A stretch of DNA of 64,000 nt, taken from positions 508,896 to 572,895 of the forward strand of contig CAZTCI010000001.1 in NCBI GenBank assembly GCA_964612665.1, read 5' to 3'. The DNA is from an uncultured Planctomycetales bacterium. GTDB lineage: Bacteria > Omnitrophota > Gorgyraeia > Zapsychrales > JAHFFX01. Below, piece by piece: positions 12,001 through 24,000 of this stretch (its first letter is position 1; each line of letters starts with the position of its first letter). A program made the translations under genes and the position numbers. The notes under the pieces are model-generated. The model did not search any database, was not told where the DNA came from, and worked only from the letters and a program-made list of their open reading frames with translations.

Positions 12001-15000
12001 AACAGGGTGCATATAGCCGGGAGGTAACCATTGGGCCAAATCCTGCCACGTGGGAAGGATGAACAAATTCAACGCAGAATGAATAAATCCTCTTTTTAGC
12101 GATTGCAGTTTATCTAAAGAAACCTTCGAAGGGTCGGACAGCCATTGTTCATATTGCAGATAGTCATCTAATCGGGTGGCCAATTCATAACTCAAAATCT
12201 CCTCGACGCCAAACAAATGTCCTTTGGTACTACGGTTAAAATGGGTCGACACATACCACAGTTCGTCTTCTTTAAACCGGGCCACTCCTTCGACACCCGC
12301 AAAGATTTTCTTGCGTGCGGCCAGGAGATGGATCTCTTCTCTAAATAATTCATGCTCGGGATTGGTATGGTTTTCCCCGATTAAAAACAATCGCGGTGCG
12401 GATTCGGGTTTCAGGCGGACAGCGAGGAAAATTAATGTGCTCAATAAAAACGTCAGGTTTAAACTATTATCGAAACCATGGACGGCAATAAAGAAGCTCT
12501 TGAAATTTTCAGTCTTTTCCAATTTTCTTGACGACAATTCTTTATTGATCTTGTTGCGTTCTGATGACACATAGGCCAGGACAGCATCCAAAAATTTTCG
12601 ATGGATTGAATCTGTGGGTTTTACAATACGGCCATATTCCGCATATAACGATACAGCTTTATCAAAGGAAACTTCCCAACGGAAGCTGACAGTCTTTTGC
12701 CAAACAATGATTTGGCCCCGCCCGACAGATGACAAGAAGGCATTGGCTTTCTCGTCCGACGGGTTTTTCCGCGCCTGCAGCAAAACACACTCTCCATTAA
12801 ATGGAGGATAAAGAACCATCCGGTAAATAAAACCCAAATCACCCCCAAATTTTTGTTTCCTAAATAAATTTTCCAGTGCCTTGAAATGATGTTGTCGGTT
12901 GGAAATATCTCCCCCTCCTTTAGGAAGATATCCGGCAGCAGCATTAATCTTTGACCAAATTGCTTGAACGGCTTTTTGTTTGACATTAAATCTTTCCGCT
13001 ATCTGTTGATCACTTAGACCTTCAACGAAACCATATAAAATATTCAATTGTTTTTCCGTAAATACTGGTTTTGCCACATCGAATTTTGGAAACGGAGGCC
13101 TCCGGTCGACAAGTCCTAACTTTCTCGCTTTTTTGATAAGTTCCCTTCGCTCCGACGTCACAGCCAACACTTTATAAAGTCTCGAAATCTTTGAGCGTAT
13201 ATTGATTGCCGGTGAACTCAGCGCCTGGCCGATCTCAATCGTAGTATTTCCTTTATTAAGCAATCTTAAGATATGAAGTTCAAGCTCACTTAGGATGAAC
13301 GCATGTTTTTTTGCGAAAAGTTGTTTAGGTTTAACCAGCCGCTCAGACGATCCGAAAATCGCCACGCGGTATTCTTCATGCTGATTGAAAAATTTCCAAA
13401 GAAGATAAGGGTAATCATTATTAAAGTCGCGGGGTCCGCTTTTAATTTCCAGATTTAAAAGTTGATGAATTTGGCTCCTTGACTTGCGGATGGTTTCGGA
13501 CCCTGTCTCAAGCTGAGCGGCAATGTCCTTGTCATTTAATCCAGCATAAAGGCCTTTTAGAATGGCTATGTGTCGCGAAGAGAGTTCTTCGACGGACGCA
13601 CAAGATTGAACGCTGCGCGCTATGGCCGCGAGGACAGCGACAAAGATAAAACTGAAATTGGATAAATAATCCGATGGATTTGTAAGGATAAAAAAGTTAT
13701 GCTCTCGCTGCAACCCTGGCAAAAGACTTTGATTATCTCTTTTACGAAAGACTTCAAAGGGTTGAACAAACATAAACTGCGCGCCCGCTGTTCCCCTGCT
13801 AGTTTTAAAAACTTCACTTTGCCTAATCTGATTATTCAACGCATCGAGCGCTTCTTTAAGCGGTTGCGAGGTAATCAAATCTTTCCAGCCTCTTAAGAAG
13901 CCTATCTGTTCGAGCGCGCCAAAGATCCATGGTTCTTCATCAAACACAATAATGGTATCACTAGACCTTAAATCCCTTAATGTATTAAGCAGCCTAACCA
14001 CGACTGGTTGATCGATCCAAAAAGTTCCTTTTAGAATAACAGTCACACTTTCTTGTCCAGCTCGACGTAGAAATTCGACAATATCATCCAGCGCGTTGTC
14101 GATGTGTAACGTTTCCTTAGGGTAAATTCTATTTAGCAAAATTTTTTCTGGCTCCATAAACTGATTCACGAATGATTGCAGCTCCTTATAAGCTCTTTGC
14201 CGGTCTTCATGGTCATAGAGCCGGTCAATTCCGAGGACCAATTGGGCCGGCAGCTCCGCCACAAAAATGTCAACGCCTATTGCGGGATAAATCCGATACG
14301 GTTTTAAGAGACCAACCGCCGCTAAGACTTCTAACTCTCGCCGCCAGGCCTCGGCCAATGGCCCATAATCAACGCTTCCCCGCGATGCCAACCGTCTGCC
14401 TTGTTCTTCAACTATCATGGAAATCGCTTGAATCTGCTGGAGAATTTCTTCTTCGGAAATTATTTTGCCTCCGGTCCGTCTTGTGCTCTTTCGTAACGCT
14501 CGAACCAAAAATATAACCAGCGCGCTAATTGAAATTAGAGCAGCTGCGGCATAAATAAAACCAGTATCAACTAACATCGACGATGATTCTGGATATTTCG
14601 CGTCATAAGTTTTCGCTAATTGATACAACGTCCGCTCTACACGGTCTTTAAGACGGAGGAATTGCCTTTCTGATAGGGTCAATGTCACCATTATCTCTGG
14701 CCAGGAGCATGTCAGAATATGATTATTATTGTTTTTCTCAGCGAAATCACTTTGGCTTGTATCACTGACCGCATCCATAAGGACTTCCAGTTCTAATAGC
14801 GCTTTGACAATTATCTGACTTGTTTCTTCACCTCGACGATAAACATCGGTCATATCTTGTTTGGTTGGCTCCAACCTTTCATCCGTTGAAGGTTCCGGAA
14901 CATTTTCAAGTTCCGTCTCAAAATCAAAAACTTGCTGCTCCAGTTCTCTTCCCTTCTTAACAGCCCAATCCAAGACCGACGCTTTATAAAACAAAAGTAC

Positions 15001-18000
15001 AAATTTCGGCCCGCGCAAATTATGCTTTAAAATATTTAAAATCCTTTCGGCTTCTTCTTGCATCTGGACATAAGAAATCTGGTCTTCATAAATCTGACCC
15101 ATGAGTATCTCAATCAGCTTTCGTTGATCTACATTTATTCTTTCCTCTCTCCAAATTCTCTCGAGGATTGAAGATGTTCCCGACAACTGGACAACCGGCA
15201 TCAGAGTCTCATAAAATTGAAACACCCTCTTTATCATTTCTGATATTTTTTCTGTTCTTTGTCCTTCATGCTGAGGCTTGAACCAAATATCGACTTCCGA
15301 CGTCACAATAAAATTCTTCATCTCTTCGTAATTGGTATTGATCTTTTCTCGAAAACTCTCAATCTTTTCTAATATAACGTTAAAGACTTTGTCCCACCCG
15401 ATTTCAGCTTCGGTTTTGTTTTCATCGGCCGATTTTGTGTCTCCCTCTCGATCCCCTGCTATGCCTTCCGAATGATTTTCAGTGACGATTACCACTATCA
15501 CTGCTCCCACCCACAACATAAAAGAAATGACCGAGAGATCTAAGAAGGAATGCTCATTGTTCCGGTTTCTGTTTCTGAAATTTCTCCTCCGGCCTGATGA
15601 ATTAAATCTTTCTGTCAACCGCCGTAGATCCTCTAAGTTTGCACTCATGCTCAAACCGTAGTCATTAAAAATATCTCTCAGCGTTTCGGTGACTTTGGAA
15701 ATTCCAGAAAAATCGACCTCTTGGCTCAATGAAAGCATTTCCAAGTTATATTGCCGCAGCCAGCCCTGAAATTCCGCGGGGGTGATTCCACGGGATTCCA
15801 AAGCCTCCCAAAGCCGGAGTAATACAATTCCCATTTCTTCGATTGTTTCCGATTGCTGCCGTTCTATTAAATATTCTCCGCTTGTCGCGGGTTCTGGCAA
15901 TCTTGCCGGTTTTTTTCTTGTTTTTTCCGGCCGGGGAATTCTATGGCGAGGAAAGGCATTGTAAACAGCGCGCTGTATATTTACGAGTTCAGTCACTCCG
16001 CTGCTGATGGCATTTTCAGCCGCATGCAATGCCTTTGTGAATTTACTCCGGCTGGAATTGAAAGACTCGAGGAGCCATGGAATAACTTGTTGGTTCAAAA
16101 TTTCTTCACCACGGCGTCTGGCTTCTTCGCTTAAATTAACCTGATGGGATAAAGAAATTCTCTTATTCATCCAGCGGTCTGCGACGACTAATCCTAAGAA
16201 TTTATATTCAGGATACTCATAAAGATAAACACTGTAACGCGGCTCGTCTTCATTCAATTCGACTAACCGGTATGACCTGCCTTCGCCCCGAAAATCTTCA
16301 TAAATTCCTTCACCCAAATCTCTCAAAGAAAACCAGACAAACTCTCCATCTCTAATCTTGAAGATATCCTCCAGCCATCTTCTTTCTTTTGTTATCTGAA
16401 CGAAATACTTTCCGGCCTGCAATTCTTTGGGGGTGGAATTTTGGGGATTAGGTTTCCGGCGTGTGACTAATGTAAACCACAGCCATTCACTCTGATCGCC
16501 GCGTGCCGTAACGATTTTGGCTTTCAGGGAAACATAACCTCGAGTTCCCCATGAATACCAAAGATCAGCGAATCCGCCTAAATACGCGTCTCCGACGTAA
16601 ATTTTATCTAAACGGTAAAGACCTGTAGATACTCTTGGGTCAACAGCTTCAATCCCTTGGCCTTTCTTAATAATCATGTCGAAACCCTTGCGGTGAAAAT
16701 CAGCGATGTCTTTTCTCACATGACTACTCCGCGCTTTAAGCAGCTTTTGTTGCTTTCCTTGAATGCCCCAATAGTGAAGAATCGGGGAACGTTGTAATTT
16801 TCCGCCGATATTTTCTTCAAACCATACCGCAACATACTCGGAATAAACTGAAGACCAGCGCAGCCCTAAGTTTCCATAACGCTTTCGGACTGTAAACGTC
16901 GAATATCTTTTTCCAAAGAGCGGAATCTTTCCGTCGGCGGTAGTTTTAACATTCTCAATCTTAAGCAATTCATATCCTTGGGCAGACCATCGCTGCGCCA
17001 GTTCAAGACTAATGACACTGTATTGGCCCAAATTTTTTTCACGTTGTCCTTCGCGTTTCGATCCTTTAACGACCAGAATTAAACGCTGTTGACGATCGAC
17101 CTCATGCAGCACCATTTCCTGCTTCACTCTTCTCCATAATTTTGTCCACAACCGTATCCAATCTCGACGGCGCGGATAAATCCGTCCAATTTCAATATCA
17201 TTAATAACTCTGGCACTAATGTCTGCCAAAAGGCCGGCGTCTTTTTGGGACATTCCTAATGACTCCCGCACGGCTTTTAATCTCTTCCCTGGTTCTTGAT
17301 AGAAGTGATCCAACAATATCTTCCAGTCTCGCACCCCCCATCTTACCCGTGCCCCTTTTTCTAATCCCTTAATTTTGAAAGGAGTGGTATTGGATAAGTC
17401 AGCGATTTTTTGCGGCGAGAGTTCTAATATATTCCTGAATAACTTTAACTCTCGTCGGGCTTCTTCATACATTGTATTCAACAATAATGCCAAATCATCG
17501 GCTTTCCATCTGGCATTCTTTGACTTTAAATCATTAATTCTATTTCTACTGATATGCGCAAGAGCCGCGAGTTCTTCTGGCGACATTCGCAAAGCTTCCC
17601 GCAATATCTTTAATTGCCGACCGGCCTCTTTATGCAGTTTATTCAATATAATATTCCAACGGTCAACACTCTCCCTAACATGACCATTCTCTAAAGCACT
17701 AATGCGTCTGGCCCTAACCTTGCTCAAAGCACCAACATCTTTTGCCGTCATTCTCAAAGACTTTCTTAATACCTTTAATTGCCGATGGGCCTCTTCATGC
17801 AGGTCCTCGAAGTTCCATAATTCCGATCGGGACATGTTGAGTAATTCTCTGGATCTCTCTAACAGTTCAATCGATTTTTTATCATCTTGCCCCTGTCTTT
17901 GGGAAGAAGCCGCCATGCCAAGAATCACTAAGGATAAAACGGAGTATACCATCCATAAATTGCTTATAATTTGAACAACCGTTAAGATAATAATCGTCGT

Positions 18001-21000
18001 CGGTAAAATGATCAAGATTTGGGCAGATGAGGTTTTGTCGCGATAAGTCTTTTCAAATTTTCTAAGTGATTTCTCGGTTTTAGAAAGGACGTCATTATAT
18101 GAAACAACCATGAAGACCGCTGCTGATACAAACATCAACAACGGCAAAACAAAATGCCCAGTTCCCCGGACACTTTCCCATCCGGTAAAGATCGGCACCA
18201 GAAAGGAATTTTCCACCTCAACATCGGAAGTTGAGGTCATTTTGCTCTGATTTTGCAGGATCCGAGCTATCCGGGAAAGATAGAGAACATAAATAACGCT
18301 TGCGAAACCAATAAGCAACGTGAACAATTCTCCATTGAAAGCAATCATTCCGAAACCAAACAACTTTGTACGATCTTCCATGAATGTTTTAAGGAAATCT
18401 CTCATCTTTTCTTGAATTTGAGATCGAAAGATATCCTGAACCCGGCGAGGCATAATATTCATACGGGTGCCCGCTTGTTTCCATGCTTCAAATTTTTCTT
18501 TGGTGAATTCTGCCATGAGCCATTGATCTTCTTCGATGGTCTTCAACATGCCACCTTTTTGGGGGTCAAACATTTCACCCAAAACTCTTGAAAAGTCATT
18601 CACATCAAAAGCGACCATGCGACCCAGCTTTCCATCATGAGAAAATGTCAGACCGTAATTTTCTCGCCAATTATGAAAATCGCGATCAACCAGTCCATAT
18701 GTCCAAATCCGACGCGTCAAATTCGAGAATTCGTTTTGAATGTGCCGAAGCTCCATTTGCAAAGCACTCACCTCATCCCACTGTTTATGTTTCTCAGAAA
18801 TCTTTATACGACGGGCAATGGCATCCAGCACTTCTCCAACGGGATGCACGCGTTCTTGAACAATCACATAAGGGAAACTGGTAAGTTTCTCATCCACGAC
18901 AATCGTCAAGTTATTTAAAATAGTCAACGTCATGGCAAAAAGATGGCCCAAATGTTCTTTAACCAATAGGTATCCAGGCAACACTTCTCTCTCGAAGTCC
19001 ACGTCGGCCTTCGGGACCTTGATAATAAGATTTGGAAACGCATAGGAGTAATATGCTTTCATCAGCCCGCCTTGGTCCAAATAATGAAAGGTATGACCTC
19101 GTAGAATACCTTCAACGGTGGTGATTCGAATGTGGTCAAGGTGTTCCTGTAAAACAGTATCCTCTATTCCCATTCTACGCCCCCATTGCATCAACCTTTC
19201 AGGCCAGCCCTCCATATAATTGTCCAATAGCGCTTCCAGAAGAGCATCTTTTAAATTGTTCCTGATCCGACGTGATATAGGTTGGAGGTGGCGTTGAATT
19301 AGTTTTTGATATAACCATCTGAGTATTAATATTAGAGTAACAGCAGTAACTGCGATCAACACCCCTACACGCCACCCATGCATCAGCTCGCTAGAAATAA
19401 GCTGGGCGTTGGATTTTTCCGTTGTTACATCAACCTGCGGGGCCGAAACAGATGAAAACATTTCATCCACCAGCCGTTTGGCTTCCTTGGCCGCATCCAT
19501 GCTTGAACTCATTTTTCCCGAAAAAATGGAAATCTCTCGCGGACTTAAATGCTGAACCGTCGTCGGCCGCGCCGCATTCTGAACCGAACTCACCAGAAAA
19601 TCTTTGAGGGTAAAGATCGAACCAATATGGATCGGATTGAAATCGTGGAAGAATCGATGAGCTTCTTCTTTGATTTGGTCAAATGCCGTCACCGTTGGAT
19701 TCCAGATGATATCGCGTCCCAGTAAATCTTTATACTCATCGGGAATTTCTGGAAATTTGCCAACGTTGAGATGATGAATCGAGTGCTTCACATGAGCGAT
19801 AAAGTGCGCATTATTGCCTAAAGGATTGATCCCGACAAACGGCCCGTCCATAATCAAAATACTTTTGCCCCGGAATGCCGGAGGAAGAAGGACGACAGGC
19901 AACTCAAAAACTTCGAATTGATAGTTTTGCTGATTGGCCGGTTCCGCAATGAACCGATTAATATCGCTGTAAACGGCGTAGACAACGGCATCATAGTTCT
20001 TTAATTTTTCCGGAGTTGCCTCCTGAATGAGCACCTGCACATTGAATTCCTTAAGTTTATCAACGGAGATCTCCGCCAGCTTGCGGATGTTCATAAAGTC
20101 TTCCCCAACAAGCAGCGATAATCCCACAGAATTTTGTTTTAACACCTCCGGATACTTTGTCTCGTAAGGCAAATTAAAACGATTTAATAAAGTCAAATAC
20201 TGCTCGGGCGTAACCGCGCTTCCTTCCGCGGCGATTGCATAGTATTGTTCCAAACTCAAAACCGCTTCACCGAAGACACTCAAAAAGCTTTCACGAGAAT
20301 TAATGACTTCTTGGACAGTTTCTGGACTGCGCGGGTGATGATAGCCGCGATGCAAGCGGCGATCCCAATTGCCGGACACGCCGCCGAAGAGTTTGTTGCG
20401 TTCATACAAAGTCACATCGTATCGAGAATCTTGAGCAATAAACCATGCGGCCGTGATCCCGAAGATTCCGCCTCCGATGACAGCGACTTTGCGTTTCGAT
20501 GGAGCAACAAACGCAGAACGGGACGCCGAAGGAGGTATCCCGGCATCGGCACTCAAATCGAAATCAAAGTATGGCTCCTCAAGCATGTCATCCAAATCGA
20601 TTCCCTCGAAGACCTCTCCCGAATTATCATTAGATTGAACAACTTTAGGATTCACGGGTTCTTCATCTTTCCAATTCCATCCGCCCGCTGCGATCTTTTC
20701 ATCAAACAACCGATGCGGATAACGCATAATGACCGCGTTGACGCCGGCGAATCCGCCCATGCCGTCGTGAACATCGTAACGGCCGCGGATGATGTATTCG
20801 CGATTCCAACGCACCGCTCCGTTTTTCTCGTGATAGCCTTGCGCCGCGTCGGGACTGTAGGTCAGCAATTCTTCCAGAGCATCGCGCCAGGCTTGCAAAG
20901 CTTGAATGTAAATGACCGCAGTGCCGATCCCGCCGACTTGCTTGCCTCGCACGCGATAATGATCGACCCGCGGATGTTTGGCCACAGCCAAGACCGATGG

Positions 21001-24000
21001 AATCGGCGCTCCGACGGAAAAATTAAATCTGACATTGCCATCGTTGTCCTGGATTCCTTCTCCAGCGAGCGTAAAGCGATTCGTCAGCGTCTGAACGTGT
21101 TCCAAAAATGTGCCTCGAAATTCCTGCGCGTCACCATGCTGAATCAAGTCGATCATCTCCGGCGTTAGTTTTTTCTGAATGCTCCAGATCACCGCGCCGA
21201 TGTAACGTCGAGTCACTGCCGAGCGAATCATTTTCCCATCGGCATCCAACGGGTGTTCGAAGACCTCCGCGACCACATGTCCCGTTGGGTGATTCAGAAT
21301 CATGGAACGAATTTGACGCGGACGGATCTGTTCGTAGGGCTGATTGACCCACGCGTCGTTATGAACCTGATAAAGTTCAAGGACATTCTCCAACGTCGGC
21401 CAGCGATACACAATCGTAATCCCCTGCTCCGGACGCTCCTCGCGCACGAACAGCGCCAGGTCGTCCAGCGGAATCTGCTCTATATTAGGAAAGAAGCGCT
21501 GCAGGGCATGATTCAATGTCGTGGGGATGTCTTGCCTTTGGAGCGCCAGCGGCGACGGAGCGGTGGACTCAAAATTCTTGATGCGGAATTGATAATATTC
21601 ATCTAAGGTGCTAAACCACGTTGAGAGCGGATGGCGATTGTTCTGGCGCCGAGCCGCTTCAAGAAGGCGGGAAGTTGAGCCAGAGAAGAACATCGTCGTC
21701 AAATGGCCGTTCAGATGGAGAGCTCTGGTATGAAGGATGGATACAACAAGGACTAAAATAATAGCCAAATTCAAAATCATCATCCATCCCCTGTCGTCAA
21801 AACCGTGGATGGCGAGGAAGTAGGTATGGGTGTTAGAATCGGCCGGACGAGTTACATAAGAACTCTGTCTAAGGACGGTCGCAATCAAAGCGAAGGCAAC
21901 GACAATGTATATATTAGAGAAGATACCTCGAACCTTTTTCTGATCTCCTCCGAACGCCTGCTCCATCGTTTTAGTCTCGAGACGGCCGGGATTGAATGGC
22001 GTCCGATCTTCCATCACTTTCCTTAGAATTCTCAACCGCCCGCCCAAGGCCAGTTCGCGGGATTGTCTGGCCGTAATGACATCCACATCCTGATCCGTAA
22101 ATCCGCGGGTTTGGAAATTGGAAATAGGATGCGCGTTAAAATTCTTGAGACGGGAATATTGTGCGTCGGTCAACCGGGCCTTGGCTTCATCCACATAACG
22201 GCCGGACGCAATCATTTGATCGGCTAATCCTTGAGGAGCAAAGACCCCGAATCGGGTCGGATGCTCCCAAACAACAATGATCACTCCCATTGGAAGACTC
22301 GCTAAAAATTCTTCTGTCCATCGCCGCGTCGATTCCAAGGGCGAAATGGTTCGATCGAGTTTGCGCGTTAGCCAAATATAAATATATTCATAAGCAAATT
22401 TTAAAAACACAACGTCCGCCGGCTTTATGTCTCGAACAAACGCTCTCATTTCATCTCTCGACATCAAATCACTCATATGATGATGAAGAGGCGCCAACTT
22501 TTCCAATCGCAGAATCGGATGACCGACGATCCCGACCAATTTTTCTTTCAGTCTTTTAAAACCCATCGTGATATCCCACTCACTCAGCCGATTGTCCACA
22601 GTTGTCATGGACGAAACATAATAACCGGCAAATAAATCAATCCCGGAAAGGATGTTGTGGAGTTGCGTATTGTTACGATTGAAGATCCCGATGGCGGAAA
22701 GGAGTTGTAATTGCAGGAAATAAATTCTGACTTTGATCGGAATCACGCTGTGTACGGTGAGCTGATCCTCACCGAGCCGAATCTGCTCTTCAATTTTACT
22801 GAGGATTTTTCGAACCGATTTTAGTGAATGGAGGAATTTAAATTTGAAAATGGAAACGACCATGAGTAACACGATGGCCAAATTCAAAATCATCATCCAT
22901 ACCCCGTCGTCAAAACCGTGAGTGCCGAGAAAATAGGCTTTGGTGTTGGAATTAGGAACCATGCACGGCATGTTCCACCCGATCATCATGTATCGGTTAA
23001 AAACAGCGATATCATGGTTCCCATCAGGTTTGACACCTCCAGTCATGTGTGTTATTCTTCCTTCACCGGAGGGGGACAACCAATGCATAAACGAAAGGAT
23101 AAAAACATGAACGCCATCAACATGACGGACATCGTCCGCAAGTCGATGCAAGAACTTGTTGTCCCTGAGTTGAAAATCTTGCAGGGTGATGTTCAGAGTC
23201 TCTAGAATGACAATCTTGAGATCAAGGCTGATCTTCGGATCCTCAATAACCGTGTCGACAATCTGGAAAAATCTTTGAACAGCCGGATGGATTCTCTCAA
23301 CAGCCGGATGGACTCCCTCGAGAAAAGGCTGGATAACTTGGATAAAAGGGTTGACGGCCTTGAAAGGCAAATTCATAGCATGCGCGAGGATTTTAAGCTC
23401 GCGCTCGATATTCATGAGCGGCTCACTGCGCTTGAAGTCAAAATTTCTCATCATAATTAGGCAGTGGTTTTGTTGACGAATCATCGCCGGGCCGATTTCC
23501 TCAAAGTTATATAAAGGAAATCGGCCCGTTGTTTTTTGGTTGCTGTATACGATTTTATAGAACGCCGTCACTGTCGAATCCCAGATCATATCGCGCCTAA
23601 GTAAGTCTTTATATCCCATCCCACCGGATTGACCATACCAAATGAAATAAACCAATGCCCATAAAACCAAGGCCACATCAATTCCAACCATGTATGATAA
23701 ATATGCCGATTGAACGCTGTTTTTATTTTGATCTGGCTCAAACGCAAACAAGCGCACGGACAGACGCGAATTCATATTCCTTAAAAGTTCATTTTGCTCA
23801 TTTATGATTTTTTCCAAATTCAACCGTCTCGCGATGGCCGCCGCGCCCACCAGTGCGACAATAACTTGGATCTCCCGTTGACCGGGCAGCCAGTTTTCCT
23901 GAAAATGCAGACGATTCATCTTCTTGATCAATTCTTTCTTCAAATTTAATTTTATTGATCGAATTTTGCCGGCCCGGGACGACAGAGGCACGTCAAAACT

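Noticed and set aside
20245-21168. The longest ORF in the supplied track (307 aa, + strand)
   Set aside because: It lies antisense to the well-supported FAD-oxidoreductase and adjacent domain of the giant ORF. It has no recognisable motifs and no promoter or RBS. It is a shadow ORF on a stop-poor antisense strand.
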